A DNA stretch of 64,000 nt from an uncultured Planctomycetota bacterium (GCA_963823665.1 CAWGMQ010000008.1:1728001-1792000); one strand, 5' to 3'; shown: positions 30,920 through 41,145, counted from the first letter of the stretch. Notes: a model not told the origin generated them from the sequence alone. Program-made: numbers and translations.

Positions 30920-32211
30920 ATGATCGGATCGCCGCTCGTTGTGCTAGCGATTCTGGTGGGTCAGACCGCGGTGCCGAAGGAAGCAGGGGAAAAGCCGAAA
31001 TCGGCGGCAAAGCAGGGCGCCAGCGTCGAATCTGAGAAAGCGGTTTCGGAATACAACATCCTGAAAGCGAAAACGCCGATGACCGCCGCGGCGCGGTGGA
31101 AGCTACGCGCTGTGGTGTGAAGAGCATGGCTTGAAGGATCTCGCGTACGTGCATCTGGGCGAGGTGATTTCGCTTGATCCGGGCCGGGACGCGGCCTGGC
31201 GCAAGCTTGGATTTAAAAAGCAAGGCAACCGCTGGGCGAGCGAAGCGGAGATCGCCGAGGACCTTGAACAGAAGAAGGCGGACAAGCGCTGGGGGCCGGT
31301 GCTGAAGAAGGTGCACAAGGATATTCACGGCGGCAATGGCAAAGCCAAAAGAGTGCTGGCCGAGGCCGAGCTGAACAAGATCACCGATCCCAATGCCGTT
31401 GTGCCGGCTTACCGTGAGTTTGGTGGAGGCGGCGGAGACCGACCAGTGGCTCATGATCGACTTTTTGCGGCGGATCGAAAAGCCTATGTCTTCAAAGGTT
31501 TTGGCCCTGATTTCTGTCTATGGCAAGTCGAAGGACATTCGCCGGCGCACGACGGATGTTCTGCGCGGCAGGCCGAGCGACGATTTCATCGAGGTGTTGG
31601 TCGCGCTGATGACCGACGAGTACAAGTATGAAGTGAAGCCGGTCGGCGGCCCGGGGTCGCCGGGAGTCTTGTTCGTGGAGGGCGAGAAGTTCAACGTGAG
31701 CCGGTTTTACGCGCCACCCGCTGCGCCCAATATCGTCCCGCAGCCTGGCGACTTCATCACGTACGATCAATTTGGCGAGCCGATCATCAACCGGCCAATC
31801 GCGGAGTTCAAAGGCGGACCTGCAAAACCGCTGGGCCCGCGCGGCATGCTCGGGCAAAAGGAGATTGTTGATTTTGCTCAGATTTCGCCGTCCCAGCTCA
31901 AAATGGAAGCGGAGCGGGGTGCGGTCGCGGCAGGCAGGCAGCTCGATCAAGACGTCGACATGATCAAGTCGATCAACAAGCAACTCAAGGAGTTCAACGA
32001 GCTCGTGATGGCGGCGGCGAAGGACGCGACTGGTCACGAGGGCAAGACACCGAAGGAATGGCGGGATAAGCTGCCCGGGAAAGGCTTGAGCAAGCAGCCC
32101 GACGAAAAGCCGACGTACCCGGAGATGGTGGCGCTCGAGTACAACCCCGTATTCCAGCCCGTGGGGATCACCACGCAGACTCTATTCAAGGTCTTTTTCA
32201 ACGACGGGTGA
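30920..32211 (+). CDS. Secreted paralog array member 4, two apparent 1-nt insertions (~31106, ~31433)
   Basis: Homology runs across ORFs 30839-31120, 31131-31631 and 31393-32211. Confidence 0.8.
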
Positions 32212-32665
32212 CCGGAGATGCATTGATTGCTTCCGGTCCGGAAGCTTCGTGGTTTTTGCGTTGTGGCTAATCGTTCCATGCGGGGGGTAGTTTCCCGCCT
32301 CCAGCGACAGACGTACGAGGCTGGCACGTCTTTTGTCAACTTCGCCCGGCTGATCGGGCGCTCACCCGAAAAAGTCCCCTGGTCGGGTTGAAAGCTCGAT
32401 GATGGGCAGAGGAGGGAGTCGAGGGGGAGCATCGCGTACCGGCGCACGAGGGCGATTACCACGATGGCGTATCTCTTTGATCTGCGAGGGCGTTTCTCGT
32501 TCAGCTCGAAGTCGTTCATCGTGGCCGCCTGCCGGGTTGCGAGGTGGATGGCTGTCAGCGTGAAGACGTGGCGTGTGCTCCCTGTCGAAATCGAGAGTCT
32601 ACGCTGCGGACGTACGCTCATCGCGACCATTGCGCCGGCACTGGCGTGCACTCATCGGGTATATT

Positions 32666-33425
32666 CTATTCCGCGGTCGGAAGTGCGTGAACGGCGGCTT
32701 GATGGATGCGAAGGTCCGCGCACGTCATCTGGTAGCTGGCTTCCAGATCAAGGGGCACGGAGAAGTCGGTGGCGATCCACAAAGGGAGGGTCGGGAGCGG
32801 CTGGCCCAGGGCGAACGGTGCCGGCCAAACCTCGAGTTGCTGCGACGCTTCTTCACGCGGCACGGCTCTATAGGAAACTGCCGACAGGCTCGACGGCGGC
32901 AGGGCCGCCGCGCCCATATCGACCCCGAGGAGGGACAGGATGGTGCTGTTCAGATCTGCTCGTCGCGTGGTGACGGTGTCCACGACGACGAGCGCTACTT
33001 CCCTGTTGCAGGTAGCCGACACACTTGACCGCGAACGCCTGCCTGGATGCGGAGCGGTCCTTGTTCGGCGGGCTGAGCAGCTCGACGGCTGCCGCGAGGC
33101 GGGGGTCGCCGTCGTCAGCAAATATCTGAACCTCGACGCCATCAACGTTGGCCAGATCGACCGCGACGGCGAGGGCGGGTGCCGGTGCCTCCCAAGTCGA
33201 ATGCTCTGCCCCGCCGCGCACGCAGCCAGGGGTTTCCCGATCTTGCAGTGTGGCGACGTCGATCTCGATGGGGCCATCGCGATCCACGAGGGGGACGGCG
33301 TAATAGCCTGCGGGCAAGACCCTCTGGTTGAGTAGCCGGGCCATGGCTGCGGCCCACGCCCCATGGAAGCTGCGCCAGGGATGAGTTCGGTTCAACGGGG
33401 GGTTGAAATGGTCCAGCAGCGGCAT
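32666..33425 (-). CDS. DUF4058 family protein (PD-(D/E)xK-like), frameshift ~32995
   Basis: MPLLDHFNPPL..WRSFHGAWA, ELLSPPNKDR; continues in the other frame as LVVVDTVT..LPTLPLW..LDLEASY. Confidence 0.85.
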
Positions 33426-33429
33426 AGGA

Positions 33430-33950
33430 GGCCCTTCGCGGTATCACTGGCCATCCGCAATAGAGGTCAGTGTATCCGGAGTCCGCATGATGAGGAAGAT
33501 TGATACCAGCCGCTGAGGTAACGACACCATCGTAGGTCAGGTCGCCGTTCTCCGTGAGCGAGCCGTATGTCGAGGGTGCGTACTGGTACGAGAACGAGCT
33601 GCCCGCGCACGAGCCGGTTGTCGCCGAGCCGAAGCTGGCGCTGATCTGCGCCGAGCCGTCGAGCGTGCCGGTGATCGTTTTCCCGAGCGAGAAGTTGTCG
33701 GAGCCCGTCTCGCCCTCGGTGAACGTGTACGTGTCGCCGCTGGTACCCTTGGTGCCGGAGGCTTTCATATTCGCATTGTCATTGCCGGAGTCGGTCCAAC
33801 CGACGGAGTTCAAGCCGCTCTCGCTTTGGCTGTTGGTGTTCCCGGCGATTGAGTGGTCGTCGCTGACCGTAAACGTGTCGAGCGAAGTGGTGGTCGTATC
33901 GCCGATTGTGATCACGCCCGAATCGCTGACGCTGTGGCTCCTCCGTGTAA
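33430..33950 (-). pseudogene. Toxin cassette 3: truncated copy of the Ser/Thr/Gly/Asp-rich constant region
   Basis: Near-identical to the N-terminus of ORF 38705-40537 up to LTYDG, then diverges and runs into the DUF4058 gene; no effector. Confidence 0.65.
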
Positions 33951-34273
33951 CGCCTCCCCAGGAGATTCGGTGGGTGTCTGGCTCCTTCCGGACTTGCTGG
34001 TGGTCGTGTCGCCGATTGTGATCACGCCCGAATCGCTGACGCTGTGGCTTCTCCGTGTAACGTCTCCGCGGGAGATTTGGTGGGTGCCTGGCTCCTTTGG
34101 TGTCTGGCTCCTTCAGGAAATTGGGTGGGTGTCTGGCTCCTTGGTGTCTGGCTCCTTGGCTCCTTCTGTGCGTGTTCGAAGTGATCAGAGGCCCTGGTTT
34201 TGCGCCGAACGTGCGAGCCGCGAATGAGTGGATGCGGGGGGCCGTGATAAAAGGATGGGTGTCTGAAATCTCT
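33551..34273. repeat. Long direct repeat A (partner 40173-40779); includes coding fragment plus REP-rich leader and an internal 110-bp tandem duplication (33888-33987 / 33998-34097)
   Basis: Direct sequence comparison. Confidence 0.92.
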
Positions 34274-34274
34274 T

Positions 34275-34976
34275 CTATTCGGTCGACGTACGCAGGCGTT
34301 CACTCTGTTCACATAGCGCGTCAATGTACAGTTGTGCGCCGATGCTGTTCGCAATCGATCGAGCGTTTTGTCGGCACAGGTCGACATAATCATTGTCGAA
34401 GTATCCACGACTGAGCATGTGCTCAGCGAGCGGTATGCAAGCCTCGAAGATTCGGTCGATCTTGCTCTTGCCCTGGGCAAGCTGACGAACGGTCTCCACA
34501 ACCGCCAGCACGGTTGTGTCGTTTTCCTTCGCCACACGCAACACGGTTGCGAGTGCTTTTCGCTCGATGTGGTAGCTAAAATACCGGCGCGTATTAAATG
34601 CAGGTTCGGCGAGCTCGGACCTGATCGGCGCGACAAAGCACCTCACACTCGGTAGTAGTGTGATAATCCTTTTTTGGCAGTTAATGAAGAAATGCTCGTC
34701 GACGTTGAACTCGCTGCCAATTCGGACCCTGTATCCGACGTAAAGCGCGTCGAGCCCGTCACCGGGCTCGTCAGGCGGGGCCACCCACAAATTGACGTCG
34801 ACATTGGCGTGCGAGGGCCGACCATCGGACACGAAGAGGTACACAACGATGTCCGGAGCGTGACTTTGAACCATGGACGCAAACGTTTTCCCAGATCCCG
34901 CTCGCGCCGGCACGAACCGATGAAGCTTCTGCAAATCGCTGAATATCTGAAAAACACTCTCTGCGAAAGAGGCCAT
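34275..34976 (-). CDS. Putative immunity protein for the upstream nuclease toxin
   Basis: 233-aa ORF, visibly more AT-rich, directly downstream of the toxin tip; no recognised motif. Confidence 0.65.
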   Translation of the reverse strand: MASFAESVFQIFSDLQKLHRFVPARAGSGKTFASMVQSHAPDIVVYLFVSDGRPSHANVDVNLWVAPPDEPGDGLDALYVGYRVRIGSEFNVDEHFFINCQKRIITLLPSVRCFVAPIRSELAEPAFNTRRYFSYHIERKALATVLRVAKENDTTVLAVVETVRQLAQGKSKIDRIFEACIPLAEHMLSRGYFDNDYVDLCRQNARSIANSIGAQLYIDALCEQSERLRTSTE

Positions 34977-35072
34977 AACGGTTGCTCCAGTAAAGAGTCT
35001 CTCCTTCCCGTTTGCATTTCCGCACGGTTCGCGCTTACTTTCCGCTGAGTCGATCGGCCAACGGCCCTCGCG

Positions 35073-37030
35073 TCAGCTTCCGGGCGCATCAGGGCCCCAA
35101 GTCCAAGGAATCTCTCCCCCGTCAAGCTGGTCCAATAGCGGGCCCATCTTTGGCTCAAGTTTTGGATCGTTTTCAAAATGCCAATGCGGGTTTGCGCGCC
35201 CCATTTGGAGGTTGTCAAGATCTTTGCCGATCTGAACCTCCATCCTATCCGACCCCTCCTGTGATAATGGCCGTTTTCCGAATGCATTGGCTTTGAATTC
35301 GACGTCCTTGCCATTAAAAAGCTTGTCATAATTTCGACCGCCGATGTTCTGACGACCTTTCCCGGGCCCGAAGATTTTCGTCGCCCGATTGTCGTGCCAC
35401 AGCTTCGCCCAATTCAGCCACCCGCGCCCTTTCTTGCCATCACCATTGCAGGTCGCACTCATGTTATGCGACCAGACCGCGAAGCCCCAGATCTGGTGGC
35501 CGATGAAGTATGTATGATATTCCGCCACGCACATGTTGTAAACAGGTGCTGATGGCTTCGGGCCTTCAAAGCCGTCCACCTTCAGCCAGCGGCCGTCGTG
35601 GCGCGGAGCTCGTCGCCTGCCTCGAGCTGGTGCGCGGCGACCCAGCCGCGGTCCTTCACCCAGAATGGGTGCTCGGCCGTTGTGCGGATCGTCCGGCCGT
35701 TTACGTACAGGTCGAGCAAGGGCAGGTAATTCTCGAAGGTGGCTTCGACCTGCCTCGGCACTGGCTCGGCGTCCGGGTCGTCGTCCGGGGCGGTGATCAC
35801 CCAGTCGCCGGGGCGGATGTCTTCGATGAACTTGCTGCCCTCCGGCGTCAAGATCGGCGTGCCCGCGGCGAAGCAGCCGCCGGAGAAGATGTCATAAATC
35901 GCGCCGCCTAGGGATAGGATGGCTTTGAGGGCGCCGAAGCTGTCGTTGTTGGCGATGGCTGTCCTGAGCGCGTCCAGTGAGTCGATGGCGGTCTTGGTCG
36001 CGTAGCCCAGCCGAACGAGCTTCAATCCGAATGCCACCAACTTCGCGGCCTGAGACGCGTCTTCACCGACACAGCCCAGGGGCCCCAGGATTTTGCCGAT
36101 CGTCACCTGAATGGCCGCTTCGTCGGCCATCGGCGCGATCACATTGGCGCCCTGGTCGAAGTCTTCTCTGTTTCCAAAAACCGGATCATTCGGTAGGTAT
36201 TGCAGTTGCGGGACCAAGTACTGCAGCAGCTTGCTGTGCTTGGCGAGACCTTGAAATGTGTCGAAGGATTGGCCGTTGCCAAACGTCTCGCCCAGGGCAC
36301 CTGGCATGTTCTGGAGCGTCCCTCCCAGCAGGCCCGCTTCGGTTTTCGCGCCCTGCCATAACCTGCCGAGCTGGTAAGCGGCGTCGTCCCAGAATGAGCG
36401 CTTCGGCGATCCCGCAGGTCCCGGACCAGCCGCTCCGGAGGGCGTGGCATTTCGAATCGCCACGACTCCCGGGTCGGCGGCAGAGCCGTCTGCCGGGAGA
36501 ACAAGCAGCAGATTCGAGGCCGGCAGGTCCGCATCGGGATCGGTAAGGAGTAGGTTGGTGACCCCAGGCGAGCCCGCTGGGAACATCGGCAACGCAAGCT
36601 GCTGGCCTCTGCTGATCGGCCCTGGCTGCATCGCGGTCGGGTTTTCATTGCCGCCGGCGTTGAAATTGCTCAGGCGGTTGAGCTCGCTGGTGGTGCCGCC
36701 GTCGCTCAGGCCGGTGTCCATCGATGGGGCGTTGCCGGGAATCGGTGGGCCTTGCGAGGTTGACGCGCTGCTGCCTGAGCCGGTCGTGGTTGTTATTCCG
36801 GGAAAGCTGCGGCGGTAGCCGATTCCCGAGGGGTGCGAGACCCAGTTTGTGGCGGTTTGACCGACCTCGTTGGATTCTGCGAGCCAGACCTCGGTGCCAG
36901 CGGTGTTTGCTTCGGGGAGGATGTCGGGGCCTGCGAAGGACATGGCGTGTACGCCCATGCCGCCCAAGGCGGACATGAGGCCGGAGCTGGTGTCGAGGCT
37001 GCCGGGCGAGGTGCCAAGGTGCAGTGCCAA
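35073..37030 (-). CDS. Toxin cassette 2: constant fragment, pre-toxin helices, HINT domain and restriction-endonuclease-fold toxin; frameshift ~35602
   Basis: CFAAGTPILT, TTAEHPFWV, then (shifted frame) VYNMCVAEYHTYFIG..VWSHN; tip RNYDKLFNGKDVEFK..QIGKD..PHWHF. Confidence 0.85.
36611..37022. repeat. Long direct repeat B, 412 bp (partner 39512-39923)
   Basis: Shared coding block HLGTSPGSLDTSS...PTAMQPGPIS at constant offset 2901. Confidence 0.92.
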
Positions 37031-37071
37031 GGGCTGAAGCCCGTGGCTATTGACCGGCGCCCCTTTGGGGC
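37027..37071. repeat. REP-like doublet CCAAGGGC-TGAA-GCCCGTGG ... GCCCC-TTT-GGGGC
   Basis: Two short hairpins beginning 4 nt from the end of repeat B; a related remnant lies near 20090-20125. Confidence 0.65.
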
Positions 37072-37174
37072 CGAAGACGATGCCGGCGTGACCGGGTTCG
37101 TCCTCGGTGAGCGAGTTGCATGTCGAGGGTGCGAACTGGGGGGGATTGCAATGCTTGTCTATGCCCTTATGCCC

Positions 37175-38350
37175 TTAGCGATAACGCCGACGGTCACCAT
37201 TTCTCGGGGAGGCACAGATTTTGAGCCAGGGTTCGACTGACTGATCGCGCAAGTCGCTTGCAGACGTCTGGGTCACCAGAGTGCGGCCGTCGGCTGAGAG
37301 GCACAATTGGCGGCATTCCTGCAGGTTCGGGCCGCACTCAACTGTGCCCAGGACTTTGCCGGTCTCGAGGCTGATGATACTGGCAAGGTTGAAGTTTGGA
37401 TATCGACCGACGGCCAAGAGCTTTGCGCGCGACGAGATCGCCAACACGCCAGCCTGGTTCAGGGTCGTCGGCGGAACGATGTCGAAGCGCTTTGCCACTT
37501 TGCCGGATGGCACTTCAATCATTGATAGTTCTTTCTCTCCCAGGTGGAAGACGTTCGAGCCGTCATCGGAGAAGGTGAAGGCCCCGCGCGAGGGCAGGTC
37601 GAGTTTTCGGGTACCGGTCGCGAGTTCATAGACTCGTCGTTGCTGGTCAAGGAAATCGTTGACAACGGCGTATCGGCCGTCGGGCGAAATTGACTCGATG
37701 GACTGGTTGGCCCGAAAGTCAACAACGCTCAGACGTTTTCCCGACCCGATCGCCCATCGAATGACAACCGGGCGGTAAGGCGGCAATCCATCGTTCACGC
37801 CTGTGGGAACCGTTCCCACCGCGAGCAGCGTTCGATCACTCTCGGTGAACGTCAGGTTCACGGCGCCTCCCTGCTCAACGATGTGCGCCGATTGCTGTCG
37901 CCCCGGAAGTGCGAAGATGGTGATGCCTCGGCCGTGTGCTACCGCGAGCGCCCGACCGCTCTTGGAGAATGCTGCAGAGAAGGAGCCGAGGAGGCTGTCG
38001 GGCGATTCCGGCAGCATGGTTGACTTGGCGGAGGTCAGGTCCCAGAGCTCCACTCCGTGCCGCACGGGCGGCCGCGGGAAGGTTGTCGATATGCTCGAAT
38101 CGCCTCTGTACGGCAGCGCCAGGGTTCCTGCGTCTGGAGAAAGGTCCCACTTCGCGTCGTAGTAGTGCGGTGCCGCGATGCCTTCGAAGATTTGCCTGAT
38201 TTTCGCGCCGTCGTTCGGCCTAACTTTGGCGCCCTCCGGCTGCCTGGTTTTGGCGCTTTCGACCTGGTCGGGCGATGGTCCTGGACAACCGGTGGAAATC
38301 GCGGCGAGCACGAAGGTGATGGTGATTCGATGAAACACCTGGCGGGTCAT
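37175..38350 (-). CDS. Lipoprotein with WD40-like beta-propeller; candidate immunity/partner of cassette 1
   Basis: Lipobox AISTGC; repeats LSPDAGTLA, AFSKSGRALA, ISPDGRYA, FSDDGS, LSADGRTLV. Probable frameshift near the end (true stop about 37194). Confidence 0.8.
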   Translation of the reverse strand: MTRQVFHRITITFVLAAISTGCPGPSPDQVESAKTRQPEGAKVRPNDGAKIRQIFEGIAAPHYYDAKWDLSPDAGTLALPYRGDSSISTTFPRPPVRHGVELWDLTSAKSTMLPESPDSLLGSFSAAFSKSGRALAVAHGRGITIFALPGRQQSAHIVEQGGAVNLTFTESDRTLLAVGTVPTGVNDGLPPYRPVVIRWAIGSGKRLSVVDFRANQSIESISPDGRYAVVNDFLDQQRRVYELATGTRKLDLPSRGAFTFSDDGSNVFHLGEKELSMIEVPSGKVAKRFDIVPPTTLNQAGVLAISSRAKLLAVGRYPNFNLASIISLETGKVLGTVECGPNLQECRQLCLSADGRTLVTQTSASDLRDQSVEPWLKICASPRNGDRRRYR

Positions 38351-38430
38351 GAGGAGTTGCTCCGCTATCTAGGCCGCATCGGTCGGAGCGATTGGTGACT
38401 GCCATCGAGGGCACAAACGGGTCAGACGCT

Positions 38431-40537
38431 CTACGACGGTGGCGGCGGTATAGGAGTGACGAGTTTCCCCGTTGGGTCGACGCCGATCCTCGGCACGTTC
38501 GGAATCCTCACTCCGTTGAGCGGGTAACTGCCTTTGGGCAAAGGTATCGGGGTTCTGTTGCGAAACTTGCGAATGCTGCCAGCGTCCCGCGGATCTGCTG
38601 ATGGCCACGACTCGCTGGGGTCGGCGAAGACATGGCGGGCGACCCTCGTGCCCCACGCCGAGAGGCGACTAAGCCAATTACTTTGATATGTAGCATCATC
38701 TTTGTTAGTCGGGTTTCGAGCCCTGAGCACGTCGGTGTCCGGAACCGGCGACTTCCCAGTAGTAGCCGCACGTTCCGAGGATCAGCGTACCGTTGGCCTC
38801 AAGGGCGTTCTGGATTGCGAGAACCAGGTCACCGATTATATTTGCCCCGGTCACTTTCACTGGCACATCTACCGGTTCACCATTCACCATTAGCGGTTCG
38901 CCGTTGAACATTGCGTTAGAATGCATCGTGATCGATGGGCTCTCGCTCTCGCCGCCAGCGTGCGACAGGATGAATATTCGCCTGAATGGCTTGCCTCCGT
39001 TCGCTGCGACCGCGTCATTGATTGCCTTTTCGAGCTCCCGTTGATTCTTCGGCTGAATTGGCGACAGCATGAAGTGGTTCGGCTTGGACGCCAACTGGAA
39101 TTCCGCGTATGTAGAGCCCCGTTGCGGGCCGGTCTCGACGGTATTCGGATCCGGTGGTTTCTCGGTTGCAGGCGAACCGGCGGTGACGATCACGAGGTCG
39201 CCAGGCCCTGGTGGCGCCTCCGGATCGACGTAGCCCTGGCGCGCTGGCGATGGCGCCGGCGTAGGTGTGCCGCCGGGCCCAAGCATCCGATTATCGGCGG
39301 GCGCGCTGACCGGAACGGATGCTAGCCCCCCGCCGTAGCCTCGCGCTGCCTGACCCGATTGCGATGAATCGACGTGGTTCGCCATGCGCGAGGCGGAGTT
39401 CTCTGGGTAATAGAGCGGGTTACCGTACGGCGTCCAGATTCCGGGCGTCTGGTCGTTCATCACAGCCGAGTCGAGCGGGCTGAGGCCGCCGCAGCCGACT
39501 TGCTCCACCCGGCTGATCGGCCCCGGCTGCATCGCGGTCGGGTTTTCATTACCGCCGGCGTTGAAATTGCTCAGGCGGTTGAGCTCGCTGGTGGTGCCGC
39601 CGTCGCTCAGGCCGGTGTCCATCGACGGGGCGTTGCCGGGCAGCGGGGGGCCTTGCGAGGTTGACGCGCTGCTGCCTGAGCCGGTCGTGGTTATTATTCC
39701 GGGGGAGCTGCGGCGGTAGCCGATTCCCGAGGGGTGCGAGACCCAGTTTGTGGCGGTTTGACCGACCTCGTTGGATTCTGCGAGCCAGACCTCGGTGCCA
39801 GCGGTGTTTGCCTCGGGGAGGATGTCGGGGCCCGCGAACGACATGGCGTGTACGCCCATGCCGCCTAATGCAGACATGAGGCCGGAGCTGGTGTCGAGGC
39901 TGCCGGGCGAGGTGCCGAGGTGCTCGGCGCTGCCGCGGGTCGAGCTGCCGATCTGGCCGGCCGTGTCAACGCCGGCGGTGTCGCCCTGGCCGGCGTATTC
40001 GGTCTCGGTGAGGTTGGCACCGTCGTCCGAGCCGGAGGTCGAGGTCGAGCTGTAGGTTCCGAGCGGCGTAGTTACGGCCGGGGCGCCTGTGACCGCATAT
40101 GCGGTCGAGAGCGAGTGGACGTTCAGCGTGGCGAAGGTGCTCGTCACCCCGTCGTACGTCAGGTTGCCGTCTTCCGTGAGCGAGCCGTATGTCGAGGGTG
40201 CGTACTGGTACGAGAACGAGCTGCCCGCGCACGAGCCGGTTGTCGCCGAGCCGAAGCTGGCGCTGATCTGCGCCGAGCCGTCGAGCGTGCCGGTGATCGT
40301 TTTCCCGAGCGAGAAGTTGTCGGAGCCCGTCTCGCCCTCGGTGAACGTGTACGTGTCGCCGCTGGTACCCTTGGTGCCGGAGGCTTTCATATTCGCATTG
40401 TCATTGCCGGAGTCGGTCCAACCGACGGAGTTCAAGCCGCTCTCGCTTTGGCTGTTGATGTTGCCGGCGATTGAGTGGTCGTCGCTGACCGTGAACGTGT
40501 CGAGCGAAGTGGTGGTCGTATCGCCGATTGTGATCAC
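38431..40537 (-). CDS. Toxin cassette 1: constant fragment plus His/Cys (caspase/C80/DUF4347-like) domain; frameshift ~38745
   Basis: Carries both repeats A and B; unique tip IFILSHAGG..TLILGTCGY; continues in ORF 38431-38730. No convincing start or RBS. Confidence 0.65.
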
Positions 40538-40594
40538 GCCCGAGTCGCTGACGCTGTGGCTTCTCCGTGTAACGTCTCCGCGGGAGATTTGGTG

Positions 40595-40787
40595 GGTGCC
40601 TGGCTCCTTTGGTGTCTGGCTCCTTCAGGAAATTGGGTGGGTGTCTGGCTCCTTTGGCTCCTTGGCTCCTTCTGTGCGTGTTCGAAGTGATCAGAGGCCC
40701 TGGTTTTGCGCCGAACGTGCGAGCCGCGAATGAGTGGATGCGGGGGGCCGTGATCAAACGATGGGTGTCTGAAATCTCTGAAATCTC
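40595..40787. repeat. Cluster of GGTG(T/C)CTGGCTCC motifs and GGGTGTCTGAAATCTC end (partner cluster 33973-34273)
   Basis: Full motifs at 40595, 40611 and 40640 plus two partial; in the partner at 33973, 34083, 34099, 34128 and 34143 plus one partial. Confidence 0.85.
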
Positions 40788-41145
40788 CCACAACCCAAAA
40801 ATGTTCGTCGCTTTCCACAGGAAACGATTTGTACCGTCCCTGGTAAACATGGCCCAGCCCCGCGTAGCCCCGATGCTGTTGCCACCGTCGCACATGGGTG
40901 ACCGTCAGCCGCTGCATGAACGCTGCCAAGTCCCCATCGCTCGCCGGCCAAACCAGAAGATGCCAGTGGTTCGGCATCAGCGCATAGGCACACACCCGCA
41001 TCGGCGATTCATCGCGTGTTTCCCGCAAGACGTGCTCAAACGCCTCGTAATCCGTTGGCTCTTCGAACAACTGCATGCGCGCCACGCCTCGATTCAAGAC
41101 GTGGAAGACCATCCCGCCTGGGGCGACCCGCGCTGTTCTTGGCAT
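40788..41145 (-). mobile_element. REP-associated tyrosine transposase (RAYT, Y1_Tnp), 3'-truncated
   Basis: MPRTAR..FHVLNRG..AYALMPNHWHLL (HUH)..GHVYQGRYKSFPV; homology stops at HFWVV. GGACCTGACCCC palindrome upstream (41186-41197). Confidence 0.88.

Noticed and set aside
26830..32247. Paralog array as a diversity-generating retroelement or integron cassette array
   Set aside because: No reverse transcriptase or integrase in the window, no template repeat, differences are not adenine-specific, and the spacer lacks attC core sites.
32400..32519. Four-helix-bundle (IVS-type) protein start, MNDFELNEKRPRRSKRYAIVVIALV
   Set aside because: Only a weak N-terminal resemblance and the rest does not match; at most a remnant.
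33973..34165. GGTGTCTGGCTCC cluster as a CRISPR array
   Set aside because: Repeats are 13 bp with irregular 2-100 bp gaps, there are no unique equal-length spacers, and no cas genes are present.
34022..34636. 204-aa - strand ORF sharing its C-terminus with the RAYT ORF
   Set aside because: The shared tail is only the translated non-coding leader repeat, and the ORF overlaps the immunity gene out of frame.
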